DNA of 64,000 nucleotides from Chthoniobacterales bacterium (lineage in GTDB: Bacteria; Verrucomicrobiota; Verrucomicrobiia; Chthoniobacterales; Chthoniobacteraceae): positions 54,848-118,847 of the forward strand of contig JBBQZX010000016.1 of assembly GCA_038207335.1 (NCBI GenBank). The letters run 5' to 3'. Under the pieces are notes generated by a model. That model searched no databases, had not been told where the DNA came from, and saw only the letters and a list, made by a program, of their open reading frames with translations. Both the position numbers and the translations under genes were made by a program. Positions 30,201 to 39,605 of the stretch are shown in pieces (the stretch's first letter is position 1; each line of letters opens with the position of its first letter).

Positions 30201-30562
30201 CCGTCGAAATTTCCCGCCCACGACCCATAAGTCCCACTCCCCAGATAATGGGCCGTCTCGTGAATCGCCACCTGCTCACTGATCGAACCGCCAAAGCCCA
30301 GCGTCCCATTATAATCCGATTGCGCCGTCGGAATCCCAGGATGCCACGACACATTGATGTCCACATTGATCTGCGTCGTAGAATTATACACCGCCATCGC
30401 CACATCCATCACAGCGGCGACTTGCGCCCGCTTCCCAGGATTATTCGCCTCGTCGAAAATGTAGCCGATGTGGTAGGTCAGCGCGCTGCTGGTCGCGAGA
30501 AAAGTGAACCAAGCGCAAGCCGCGAGGATCTGTGGGAAGCGACCGGAAGAGCGAAAGGACAT
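27230..30562 (-). CDS. Secreted multidomain protein: HExxH zincin-like domain, ricin-B lectin, two LamG domains, C-terminal Ca-binding/sorting-like domain
   Basis: Signal peptide from ATG 30562, IHETAHYLG, DGDG repeats, QKW/QQW/QDW ricin motifs, two INDG.WHHV LamG motifs, DPDRDGLPNVIERAFGLDP...FLRLRVR terminus. Confidence 0.88.
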   Translation of the reverse strand: MSFRSSGRFPQILAACAWFTFLATSSALTYHIGYIFDEANNPGKRAQVAAVMDVAMAVYNSTTQINVDINVSWHPGIPTAQSDYNGTLGFGGSISEQVAIHETAHYLGSGTYGSWAGNFDGGGVWVGPALRRYIKLFDGPGAEIRQSGVHYYPYGFNYGNEDSPQARRRIGRLIEAMRQDMGITDGDGNGISDEWERQKIGFAGQPAAGDADGDGISNFDEYWTDSQPLWPCPVKSGHVYQLRSRLSQKLLEADGTTAGSNVRQNPNSGSSLQKWLATYVSGGYWKFTNFTSGKAMEVAGFSTDPSGNIIAWDDTGGTNQQWRIFPSASGAAYWKLGNRNSTNMVVDVDGGTGAVGDNANIAQYFDDQNAFNQDWAFDDVTAGVASDGLVANYKMEGNARDFGGRNFHGTASGGVTYTTGRVDGLAATFNGSNGSIRVPATVERNFTVACWVKTTATAGGPQWYNGMGLIDAEVPGVAKDFGLAMVGGKAAFGVGQNDLTITSAATINDGAWHHVAATLDTGNGAMRLYVDGLLSASGTGPTSARTAPSTFTLGSIAGANGFLNGSLDEARLYNKILAVDEIARLAQTGSSMVAGYGFEGTARDVTRFNNHGDAMDATFTTGKIGAQAVQLNGTSSFVKLPAAVTSDFTVAFWLKTTAVGGTGQWYAGKPIVDADVPGVANDWGISVGGNHVAFGTGNTGAGTTIESATNINDGTWHHVLATRTNATGAMKLFVDGALQATGTGSTALRDAPGGIRVGSTLFGGAFFTGAVDDLKIFNYALSSTQAASLAAPLPALWTATDIGLPASDGYSGYNAASAAFTVTGGGVAGTADQLQLVSSTATGDQILVTRVDFFPTNTASATTGITFRGSTAADSAFAELAYDRAQQALRFRQRDATGSAVLQTGASVSISGQFWLRLVRVGNTFAAAYSTTAGTPGAGEWTVVGNHVTPLPTTALAGLRVSSGVADTLATAGFSSVSIVVPTPGQAWRQKYFADIANLNNAQDLADPDRDGLPNVIERAFGLDPTLPDAIAARPQAANDGTYLSLTYQRSLAASDLALQLEWSNDLGTWYETGTTDTLISSGGGVEIRTARVPISLLDPTRAFLRLRVR

Positions 30563-30712
30563 GAGGGAATCTGCGGTGCGAGTGGGGAAACAGCGTCGAA
30601 GGACACCGTGGCGAGACTCTCCCGCAATCGTCCGATTTTGCAAGGAATCCCAAGCAGGCATGAAACAGGAGTGGTTTGCTTTCGACGCCGGATTCGTCCT
30701 TCATCGCTGTCC

Positions 30713-33007
30713 ATGAAATCGTCGATCGGGCTGCTCTTGATGTGCTTTTTCTCCACGATGCCGGTCGCGGAGGCGAAGCCCAGGCTCGCGGAGGAAATCT
30801 CGGCCCACTCGCCGGATGGGGCTTTTGCGATGCGGGTGCTGCGGGACGGCGAGGCGGACCCGGACAGCAGGGACGGTATCCAATCGGTGCAGTTGGTCGC
30901 GATGCCGTCGCGGAAGGTGCTGGCAACGCTCTTCAAGGATGACGAGGAGGCGGGCAGCCCGTCGCTGCTCTGGGCGCCGGATTCCCGACGGTGTGCTTTT
31001 TCGAGCGCGCATCGGCGCTGGACTACGACGCAAGTCTTCGAGCGGGTCGGAAAGGGCTTCCGGGAGGTGGAGCTACCGGAGCTGGGGATGCGGACGGAGT
31101 GGATCGACGGGAAGCCGCGGACTTTCCATGTGCGCAATGAATACATCACGCCCGAGCGGTGGCTGAAGTCCGGGGCGCTGGTGATCGACGACGACGCGAT
31201 CATGCGGGTCTGGGCCCACGGACAGGTGGAGGCGGAGGCGGAGAACCGCCTCCACGAGCTCGTGCTGGAGCCGAGCCGCGATGGGAAGACAACGATCCGC
31301 TCCGTGCAGGAGGCGCGCGGGGCCGCTGGGATCGGTGCGGTGCGCAGCCGGGCGGTGCCGGGGAAGATGCGGGGGCCGGGGGTGGTGCCGGGCCGGCCGG
31401 ATGCGCTGGAGGTGGGCTTTGAGCTGTCGTGCGTCTCGCCGGATGGGAAGATCGCGATCCTGGTGCCGGACTTCGGAGTCGTCGGGCAGGCGGCGCGCAA
31501 TTTTATCGTGACGACCTCGCTGCCTCTCGCACCGCTCGGGATGCTCGACGTGCCGCGCGCGTTCGCAAGCGGACTGCGGGCGGCGTGGAATCCGACCAGC
31601 ACAGCGGCGGTCGTGACCGTGGAGGCGATGACGACCCCGCAGGCGGTGCTGTTGCTGGAGTTCCGCGACGGGCATCTCGTCCGCCAGAGCGATCTGCTCG
31701 CCTCTCTGGTCGCGCTGTTTCGTCCCGACTTCCGAGCCAGCAAGGCCACGCCGTGGCTGGAGACGGAGCGGCGCTCTCCCTTTGCCATCGTGGACGACGA
31801 CTCGTGGAAGTGGCGCTGGGACGGCGACCGCCTGGAGGTCGAATGCCGCGCCTCTTCCCAGCCGGACGGCAATATCTCGGACGGCGCACGCGTCTGGTGG
31901 GCGCAGCTCCACGGCGTCTGGAGCGTGCCCGAGGGACGGTTCATCGAGTCGAAAATCACGCGCACCTATGACAAGGTGATGCCAGACGAGAAGGTGCCCA
32001 AGTGGACGCAATACCCGGACGACGCCGATGCGCCCGCGGAGGAGGAAGCCGTGGACGCCGACGAGGCGAAGGACGCTGCGCTGACGATCCTGCGCGCACT
32101 GGACGCGTCCTTTTCCATCACTTGGAAAACGGAGTTGCACGAGCTGAGCTTTGAGGAGCGGGGGAAAGCGCCCGCGCGTCTGAAGTCGATGAAGCAGCTC
32201 GTCGCCGAGCGCGACAAGACGGACCTCATCGTGGACGACGACGCCCTCGCCACACTGCCGCTGTGCTTTCTCTCACCCGATGGCGAGTGGCTGCTCGTCG
32301 TTTTCCGCGGCATCGGCGACGTGATGCTTTACACGCGTTCTCCCGAGGGCTGGAAAGTCGAGGCGACGGACGAAAGCATCGAGGAGCTGCGGATGAAGGT
32401 GGGGAGGTTTCTGATGGGCGAAGTCGGGTTGGAAGGCGCGGAAGCCACGCCGGAGGTGACCGTCAGCTTCGTCGATTGGAGCACGGACTCGGGCCGCATC
32501 CTGCTCGCGCTGGATGGGAATCTCCAAGTGCCCGAAGGCCACCCACAGGCCGTGGACGGCGGGCTCACCATCCGAGGCTGGCTGTGCTATTACAATTTGC
32601 GCACCGGGAAATTCGAGCTCACCGACCGGCTGGAGGCGCACAACCGCTGGGCGGTCGGTCGCGGCAATGGCCAGCCGGACGATTGGGAAACGCAAGCCCC
32701 TCTGCACGCCGAGCCACTCACCCCCGGCGCACTCCCCTCGCCTGCCGGTACGCGCTTCAACGCCGCCGACCACGCGCTGAATGCCACCTACAAGCTGGCC
32801 CTCGGCCGCCTCCCCGCCCCCGAGCGCGAAGCCTTCCGCGCCCGGCAGCGCGAGTGGTTGGCGCAGCGAGATCTCGCCGCCTCGCTCCACGCCGTCCAGA
32901 ACTGGAGCCCCTTCGCCGAAGCCGCCCGCCAAGAAGGGGCCGCCATCGCCACGGAAGCTCGCGTGGCCGAACTCAAAGCCGCAGGCCCGCTGCATCAGGC
33001 GCCGTAG
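30713..33007 (+). CDS. Secreted protein with three SPDG-initiated modules and a C-terminal LprI (DUF1311)-like domain
   Basis: Signal peptide from ATG 30713 (the longer ORF call is an antisense extension). C-terminal ADHALNATYKLAL..L....RE..RARQREWLAQRD. Confidence 0.8.
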   Translation: MKSSIGLLLMCFFSTMPVAEAKPRLAEEISAHSPDGAFAMRVLRDGEADPDSRDGIQSVQLVAMPSRKVLATLFKDDEEAGSPSLLWAPDSRRCAFSSAHRRWTTTQVFERVGKGFREVELPELGMRTEWIDGKPRTFHVRNEYITPERWLKSGALVIDDDAIMRVWAHGQVEAEAENRLHELVLEPSRDGKTTIRSVQEARGAAGIGAVRSRAVPGKMRGPGVVPGRPDALEVGFELSCVSPDGKIAILVPDFGVVGQAARNFIVTTSLPLAPLGMLDVPRAFASGLRAAWNPTSTAAVVTVEAMTTPQAVLLLEFRDGHLVRQSDLLASLVALFRPDFRASKATPWLETERRSPFAIVDDDSWKWRWDGDRLEVECRASSQPDGNISDGARVWWAQLHGVWSVPEGRFIESKITRTYDKVMPDEKVPKWTQYPDDADAPAEEEAVDADEAKDAALTILRALDASFSITWKTELHELSFEERGKAPARLKSMKQLVAERDKTDLIVDDDALATLPLCFLSPDGEWLLVVFRGIGDVMLYTRSPEGWKVEATDESIEELRMKVGRFLMGEVGLEGAEATPEVTVSFVDWSTDSGRILLALDGNLQVPEGHPQAVDGGLTIRGWLCYYNLRTGKFELTDRLEAHNRWAVGRGNGQPDDWETQAPLHAEPLTPGALPSPAGTRFNAADHALNATYKLALGRLPAPEREAFRARQREWLAQRDLAASLHAVQNWSPFAEAARQEGAAIATEARVAELKAAGPLHQAP

Positions 33008-33084
33008 CCGCTCAATACAGTTGCAGAGCAAAAAGGAGGGTCGCCTGTCGTAGAAGGCGATCGGTTCACCTCGAGCCGGACGGC

Positions 33085-36000
33085 TTAGAAGGAAGGCTCG
33101 ACGAGGTAGGTGCGGGTGCCAGTGCCATTGCCCGTCTCGCTGATGATGATGTCAGGGCGGCCGTCGCCATTCGCGTCGGCGATGTGGAGGTCGTAGGCGC
33201 CGCTTTGCAGGAGGGTGCTGGAGCCGGCGCGCAGGGTGCCATCGGGGCGACCGGCGAAGACCATGAGGATCCCCTGGTCTGAGTCGGGCGTGCGGGTGAC
33301 GACGGCGGCGTCGGCGAGGCCGTCGCCGGTGAGGTCGCCGACGGCGAGGACATTGTCGTTGAAGCCGGGGAAGACGACGGTGGAGGAGGCGGCGAATGCG
33401 CCGGTGGGGTCTTGGCGCATGAGGATGAGCTCGCTCTGGAAATCGCCGCTGGGGAGCAGGCGCAGGCTGAGCAGTGCGACATCGAGGCGACCGTCGCCAT
33501 CGAAGTCGCCTGTGGCAATGCGATCGAAATATTCGACAGGCACGACGTGGACGACCTCGGGGGCGAAGGTGCCGTGGCCGTCGCCGAGCCGGATGGAGAA
33601 GGCGGACATGCCCTGGGGGGCGTCCACGGAGGTGAGGAGGAGGTCCGGGAAGCCGTCGCCATTCATGTCGGCGGTGAGGCCGTTGATGCGATTGGCGGCG
33701 TCGAAATCCATGGGTGTGCCGAAGCCACCCTGGCCATCGCCGAGAGTGACGAAGGTGTGGTCGGCGGTGCCGCCGGAGATGATGTCGAGGAAGGCGTCGT
33801 CGAGCGGGTTGACGTTTGCGAGGGTCAGGCCTCCGCCGAGGCCGGCGCTGGTGCCGATGCTCACTGGCGCATCGAACTCGCCCGGCGCGCTCACATTTGC
33901 CAAAAGCAAGGCGAGGCCGCGCGGGCCGGGGAAGGAGTTCTCAGGGTTGTCTATGAGGATGTCGAGGCGGCCGTCGCCATTGAGGTCGCCGAGCGCAACG
34001 GACTCACCGATGTCGGAGCTGAAGCCGGGGAGCTGGAAGCGGGTGGTCTCGATGAAGGCGCCGGTGTTGTCCCCGCGGCGGATGGAGACGTAGTGCGGGA
34101 AGTAATTCGAGGAGAGGACGACGGCGTCAAGCTTGCCGTCGCCATCGAGGTCGCCGGTGGCGAAGCGGTAGTCGAATTCATTCGGATTGCTCGATGCGGA
34201 GGCGACGGGCGGGAGGGTGAATGCGGGCGCGGGTGGCGGCTTGATCGCTAGGTCGAAGACGTTGCGCGGCACGCTGGTGGTGAGCATGGCGACGCCGGTG
34301 AGGGGGTCGATGGTGTGGATGCGGCTCGAGTTGTTCGGCAGCGGTTGCGCGGCGAAGATCACGTCTTGCCGGGTGATGGCGAGGCCGTAGATCGGAGCGG
34401 CGTTGGTCATGCCGATGACGCGGATGAGTGCGCCGGTCGCGGGGTCGAGTTCGATGAAGCGGTCGGAGTTCACCGAGCCGTCCGCTGTGGTGAAAAGGGT
34501 GCCGTCACGGGTGAAGACGAGGGCGTGGATGGCATACGCGCCCGGCGCTCCGATGCGCGTGGCCGCTCCGGTAAAGGGGTCGATGCGGAGGAGTTGCGCG
34601 GTATTGGCAAAGTCGGGCGCGGGTCCGATCTCGATGCCGTAGAGGCGGTGGTCGGCGGGGTTGTAGGCGAGCGAGGTGCAACGAATGGGCGCGCCGCCGT
34701 CGTTGCCGAAGGAGCCGATGGGCCTGGCAGTCATGGCGAGCGGGTCGTATTCGGAAAGGCCGGTGAGGTTCGCGATGTAGAGCGTGGAGATTTCGTCGAA
34801 GGCGAGGCCGAAGCCGAGGCCGGCATTGGGCCTGCCGAGCAGGCCCTGGTTGCGCCCATCCGCGGGATTGAGCAGCGTGAGGAATGAGCCGGAGCCCGCG
34901 GCGCTGCTGGCGAAAAGGGTGCCGGGCGGGATGGAGGTCGGGACGGATTGGGCCCGGAGGGGATTCGAGCCGAGGAAGACTTCGGCGCTGTCGGTGAAGC
35001 CGTCGCCGTCGGTGTCGGACTTGGTGGGGTCGGTGTTGGCGGCGAGTTCGGCACCGTCGGAGAGGCCGTCGGAATCGCCGTCGGCGAAGAGCGGATCGGA
35101 GCCAAAGGCAAGTTCCTGTCCGTCGCTGAGGCCGTCGCCGTCGGTGTCGGCGAGAGCGGGGTCGGTGCCGAAGTCGGCTTCATCTTCATCGGTGAGACCG
35201 TCGCCGTCGGTATCGATGCCGAGCATCAGCAGGCGCTGGGCAGTGACGGGATTGCCCTGAAGGAGTCCGGGATCGGTGACCGTGTTGAATCCCTGAAAGA
35301 GCACGACGTTCGCTTCGTAGCGTTGAGTGGGTTCGTCGAAGCGCGCAACGACGGTGAGCTCCTTGCCGCCTTCGCCATACACGGTGAAGCGCAGCGGCCC
35401 TTTGTCGAGGGTCCGCTCCGAGCGCAGGTTCACGACCGAGCGCCCGACCACGCGCGGAGCAAAAGCGAGCGGGCTGAAAATCGGTGTGCGAATGACGCGT
35501 GCGCCGCGATAACCCTCGGCATCGGAGGCGGTGCTGTCTTCATAAGACTCCTGGTTCCGCGAATTCACCGCGTCGATGACCGTCACCCCGCCGCGTCCGC
35601 CGTGCCCGCCGCCGATGCGGAGCCGATCCGTCGAGTCGAGAAGGACGCCCTGCGCGGCATTGACCGTGACGAGGCCCGTGCGACCACCACCGCCGCCTCC
35701 ACCCCAAAAGGCATCCACATTTCCCTCGGAATAGACCTCGAAAAACAGCGCACGAACGTGGATCGAGCTCTTGCTCGAGCCGTCGCCGCCATCACCGCCG
35801 CGCGCGTCCACGACCGGGGCGGCGGAATCGAAAGCTCCCGAACCGGTGATCGACCGTGCGGTGGTGAGGAGGACGCCAGCACCCCCGCTACCGCCCGCGC
35901 CCCCGCCCCCGCCGTAGAGATTCATTCCACCGAGGATAAACACCGACACGCTGAGTTCCCCTCCTCCACCGCCTCCTCCGCCGCCGGTCGTGAGGAAAGT

Positions 36001-39000
36001 CGAAAGCGCGGGAGCGCCGAGACCCCGGCGGCCATTGGTCGAGCCGTCGGCGACATTCAGCGCACTTTGCCCCTGCTCGATGAGCTGCCGCACGGCTTCC
36101 GGGCAAGCGACTCCAAGCGTACCAATGCACTCGACGATGGCGGCTACGAGACTGACTGGGTCGAAGCTCGCGTCTTCGCCCGGGGCACCTCCGATGCCGC
36201 GCGCGCTGCGCGTTTGGTTGTCGATGCGGCGCGGGGGTGGAAGCTGGAACGGCTCTGAAACGCCAACCGGGTCGTTACCGTTCTGGCCGTAGCTGGCGGA
36301 AGATGGGACGCCGTCGCCGCCTGCACCTCCGTCCCGGCTGCGTAAGCCGCCAGCCTGCTGAATGGCATTCGCGCCCCGCTCGCCACTCGCGTCGATCGTT
36401 CCGTAGATCCGCGTCTCGCCGAGCACCGTCGCATTGAAAACGCCGGAAAGAATCCGCACGCGCGCATCCCGACCGAGCGTGAGCGTGGACAGGCGCATCG
36501 GCGCGGGTTCGGTCAGGTCGAGGTGCTCGCCCGCAGACACTTCCAGCTCCGGCAGGCCGCGCACGGTGAGTGGGATTTCGGCGAAAAGTGCATCGTCATG
36601 GGCACGCACGAGCCGGACGCGATAGACGCGCGTCTGGCTCTCGCCGAGGTCGCGGATCGCGTCGGTATCGAGCACGAAGCCCGCGCGGTCCCCGGCGGCG
36701 ACGAGCGTGCCGGGGCGCATCCCGCCAGCGAGCGAGCCGTCGGGATTGCGCATCTCCACGCGCAGGTCGCCGGTCAAGTCCGAGCCCGTCAGTCGCAGCG
36801 GTTGCAGCGCGTTTTCCTCGATCTCCGTCGGCTCGATGCTCGTGATGGTGGGCGCGATTCCGGGCGGATTCGCGGCTGCGGCTTCATCCACCGTCGGCGT
36901 GGTAAAGTGCGTGATCGACGCCACTGCGCCATCGCCGGTGGCATTCACCAGCGCCGTGATGCCCTCATCGACAAACGTCCCGTTTGCTTGCAGGAATCGC
37001 AGCCGCAGCGCCGTGCCCGGCAGCCGCGAGACGGTCAGCGGGATCGTCACCGACACGGGTGCTGTGAAAGTCAGCCCATCCGGCCCGAACTGCGCAGCGC
37101 CGAGTGTGCGCCGGCCCGGCCCCGCGTCCGGCAGCTCGGCGGAGCCGAGAGTCCGCGCGGTGATCGTGGCATTCGCCGCGAGCGCGCCCGGCGGGATGGT
37201 GACGCTCGACCGGAAATCCGCGGCGGGCACAGTCGCGCCAAAAGCCGCAAGCACCGGCACCTCTCCGGGCGTGGCGACCGGCGGCAAAACAGCGACCGGC
37301 GTCGCGACCGAGACGACTGCGGGGCTCGCCGTCAGTGCCGCGGTGATTTGCACCGCGCCAGCAGGTGGTATGGCTGGCGCGGTGTAAATCCCCGCGGGCG
37401 AAATCGTCCCGAGCGCGGCGCTTCCGCCCGGCACGCCATTGACGCGCCAGGCCACCGAGCGATCCACCTGCGCAGTCCCGACGCGTGCTGAAAAGGACAC
37501 CGTCCCCCCGACCGAAACCGCGGGCATTTCCTCGGCATCCGGTGCGATGACGACATGCTCGACCACGGTAAAATTCTGCGGCGACACCGCGCGCGAGCCG
37601 TCCGGCTGCGTGGCCGTGAACGCACCCGTGCGCGAGCCGACCGGGACGATCACGCGCGCCTGAAACGCATCGAGCGAGACGATCTCGCACGGAATCTCAC
37701 CCAGTTCGAAGACCGTCTCCGCGCCGGGCGTCGTGGAGAAGCCGAAGCCGGAAAGATCGATCTGATCCCCGGGTGAGCCACTGCCCGGATTCGGCGCATT
37801 GACATAAAAGCGCGACCGCGCGCCGCCGAAGCTGGTGAGCTGCACGGTCGTCGTAGTCGGCGCGCCCGCGTGGCCGTTGCGGTCGAATGGCGTGACCTCG
37901 ATCGTGTAATTGCCGAGCGCGGAATCGCTCCTGAAATCCAGCTTCACCGAGCCCGTGCGAGTGCCCGTCGCGGTCGGCAGAAATTCATCCGCGGGAAACT
38001 CGGATAGCCGCGCCGACCCGCCCGGCTCGGTGAAGCGCACGCGCAACAGCTCCAGATCGTCGTCCGCATCCGCAACCTCGAGCGAAAGCCGGGGCCGCAC
38101 GCGATCCATCACGCGCACCGGGCGATCGTACGATGCCACCTCGGGCGCAAACGCCACCACGCTCGGCGCCACCCCCGTGTTCGCCGGGCCCGTGATATTC
38201 ACCGTGAAAGAGACCGTCTGGCTCGCCACATCCTGCCCGTCGCGGAGAGTCAGCGAAAGCTCCACAGGCCCGAACGGCAGGCTCGCAGAATCGAGCGGGA
38301 GCGTCGCCCGCCCGCTCGCGCCGGAGATGTGTGCGAGCGACGCAGCGAGGTCCTCGGCGCTGCTTCCCAGCGCATCCTGCCGGGTGAACTTCAGCACCGA
38401 GATGTCCCCATCGGCGTCGGCGAAGTCGAACGTCACCACCCCCGCGGTGCCGCGCACGAGCGTCGCCGGCGCAACGAGATTCGAGAGCACCGGCGCCACC
38501 GGCGCCACCGCAGTGCCCGCGAATGTGAACTGCAACGCCGTCGGATCGAACGGCACCCGCCGATCGAATCGAAAGGTGAACGTATCCGTGCTCTGTGCGA
38601 CACCCTTCACGAGCACGTCGCCGAAGCTCACCCCCGCGTCGCTTAGCGTGATCGCGGCTGCATTCGTCGTCACCGTCGCCGCCACATTTTGAAAACGGCG
38701 CGTGCCCGAGTTCTTCACGCGCGCCCGGTATTCGTATTCGTAAAGCGTGCGCGTGATCCGCTCCTCCCGCACCTGCACGATACTGTCGAGCGTCAGCTCC
38801 GGCACGGATGCCTGCGCGAATGCCCCACTCGGCGCGAGGAGTCCGCCGGCCAGCAGCACCGCCAGAAAGCGCCTCCGGCGGCGGAGCGCGAGCAGACCCG
38901 CACCGGCGAGCAGCATCGTCGCGGTCGTCGGCTCTGGGACGGTCATGCCCGTTTGCAGGGTCTGGATAAAATTGCCTCCGGCATCGAACTGATTGACCTC

Positions 39001-39423
39001 AAACGACTGCGCCCTCGGGATCGCGCTCGCCCCCCCCAGCCAGATGAAGCGCACAACAAAGGGATCCGCCAGCCGCGGGAAGTTCTTCAGCGCCAGCGCA
39101 TCGTAGGCGCCGTCCGACGCCAGATTCGCGTCGGGCTGGAAAGTGAGCACGTCCCAGTCGCCATTCACCGGCGGCGCCGGGTCGGAGAGATTGCGATACA
39201 GGCTCGGCGGGAAGAAGACATCGAAGCCGATATTCTCCTGAAAAATGCCGCCCGGATCGCTGACCAGATACCGGTATTCCCAAAGATCGCCGCCCGGCCC
39301 AAAGGAATCGTCGATGTCGCGCGCCTCGTACTGGATGCTGGCGGACTGAGCCCATCCGTGCGGCACCAGCGAAAGCAGCATGGAACAAACAAGGCGAAAC
39401 AAGTGGACCGAGTGCGTTTTCAT
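33085..39423 (-). CDS. Large secreted protein with internal PEP-CTERM, Ig/IPT-like, ZU5-like, Gly-rich, DTDGDG Ca-binding, beta-propeller and FG-GAP repeats
   Basis: Signal peptide ending GWA-Q, VPEPTTATMLLAGAGLLALRRRRR at ~aa 162-185, QFGPDGLTFTAPVSVTIP, DTDGDGL.D..E repeats (~34960-35215), GD(L/F)(D/N)GDG.(L/P)D repeats (~33120-34170). Confidence 0.9.
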   Translation of the reverse strand: MKTHSVHLFRLVCSMLLSLVPHGWAQSASIQYEARDIDDSFGPGGDLWEYRYLVSDPGGIFQENIGFDVFFPPSLYRNLSDPAPPVNGDWDVLTFQPDANLASDGAYDALALKNFPRLADPFVVRFIWLGGASAIPRAQSFEVNQFDAGGNFIQTLQTGMTVPEPTTATMLLAGAGLLALRRRRRFLAVLLAGGLLAPSGAFAQASVPELTLDSIVQVREERITRTLYEYEYRARVKNSGTRRFQNVAATVTTNAAAITLSDAGVSFGDVLVKGVAQSTDTFTFRFDRRVPFDPTALQFTFAGTAVAPVAPVLSNLVAPATLVRGTAGVVTFDFADADGDISVLKFTRQDALGSSAEDLAASLAHISGASGRATLPLDSASLPFGPVELSLTLRDGQDVASQTVSFTVNITGPANTGVAPSVVAFAPEVASYDRPVRVMDRVRPRLSLEVADADDDLELLRVRFTEPGGSARLSEFPADEFLPTATGTRTGSVKLDFRSDSALGNYTIEVTPFDRNGHAGAPTTTTVQLTSFGGARSRFYVNAPNPGSGSPGDQIDLSGFGFSTTPGAETVFELGEIPCEIVSLDAFQARVIVPVGSRTGAFTATQPDGSRAVSPQNFTVVEHVVIAPDAEEMPAVSVGGTVSFSARVGTAQVDRSVAWRVNGVPGGSAALGTISPAGIYTAPAIPPAGAVQITAALTASPAVVSVATPVAVLPPVATPGEVPVLAAFGATVPAADFRSSVTIPPGALAANATITARTLGSAELPDAGPGRRTLGAAQFGPDGLTFTAPVSVTIPLTVSRLPGTALRLRFLQANGTFVDEGITALVNATGDGAVASITHFTTPTVDEAAAANPPGIAPTITSIEPTEIEENALQPLRLTGSDLTGDLRVEMRNPDGSLAGGMRPGTLVAAGDRAGFVLDTDAIRDLGESQTRVYRVRLVRAHDDALFAEIPLTVRGLPELEVSAGEHLDLTEPAPMRLSTLTLGRDARVRILSGVFNATVLGETRIYGTIDASGERGANAIQQAGGLRSRDGGAGGDGVPSSASYGQNGNDPVGVSEPFQLPPPRRIDNQTRSARGIGGAPGEDASFDPVSLVAAIVECIGTLGVACPEAVRQLIEQGQSALNVADGSTNGRRGLGAPALSTFLTTGGGGGGGGGELSVSVFILGGMNLYGGGGGAGGSGGAGVLLTTARSITGSGAFDSAAPVVDARGGDGGDGSSKSSIHVRALFFEVYSEGNVDAFWGGGGGGGRTGLVTVNAAQGVLLDSTDRLRIGGGHGGRGGVTVIDAVNSRNQESYEDSTASDAEGYRGARVIRTPIFSPLAFAPRVVGRSVVNLRSERTLDKGPLRFTVYGEGGKELTVVARFDEPTQRYEANVVLFQGFNTVTDPGLLQGNPVTAQRLLMLGIDTDGDGLTDEDEADFGTDPALADTDGDGLSDGQELAFGSDPLFADGDSDGLSDGAELAANTDPTKSDTDGDGFTDSAEVFLGSNPLRAQSVPTSIPPGTLFASSAAGSGSFLTLLNPADGRNQGLLGRPNAGLGFGLAFDEISTLYIANLTGLSEYDPLAMTARPIGSFGNDGGAPIRCTSLAYNPADHRLYGIEIGPAPDFANTAQLLRIDPFTGAATRIGAPGAYAIHALVFTRDGTLFTTADGSVNSDRFIELDPATGALIRVIGMTNAAPIYGLAITRQDVIFAAQPLPNNSSRIHTIDPLTGVAMLTTSVPRNVFDLAIKPPPAPAFTLPPVASASSNPNEFDYRFATGDLDGDGKLDAVVLSSNYFPHYVSIRRGDNTGAFIETTRFQLPGFSSDIGESVALGDLNGDGRLDILIDNPENSFPGPRGLALLLANVSAPGEFDAPVSIGTSAGLGGGLTLANVNPLDDAFLDIISGGTADHTFVTLGDGQGGFGTPMDFDAANRINGLTADMNGDGFPDLLLTSVDAPQGMSAFSIRLGDGHGTFAPEVVHVVPVEYFDRIATGDFDGDGRLDVALLSLRLLPSGDFQSELILMRQDPTGAFAASSTVVFPGFNDNVLAVGDLTGDGLADAAVVTRTPDSDQGILMVFAGRPDGTLRAGSSTLLQSGAYDLHIADANGDGRPDIIISETGNGTGTRTYLVEPSF

Positions 39424-39605
39424 AAGACTACCAAGGGTAAGCCGCCGGGCCGTAAAGCTGACGGCCTTAGCACCATAGTGACCGCGCTGCCGACCGCCCA
39501 TCAAACTAAAGTCACAAAATAGCGCCGGCTTTTCGTCGGGCGACGCAGGCTTGAACTGCCGCCGACGGGGTTGCTCTTTTTGCAAAAGCTCCACACTCTC
39601 CGCTC

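Noticed and set aside
27722..30712. 5' part of the 1761-aa plus-strand ORF
   Set aside because: Antisense to the LamG gene. The credible protein starts with a signal peptide at ATG 30713.
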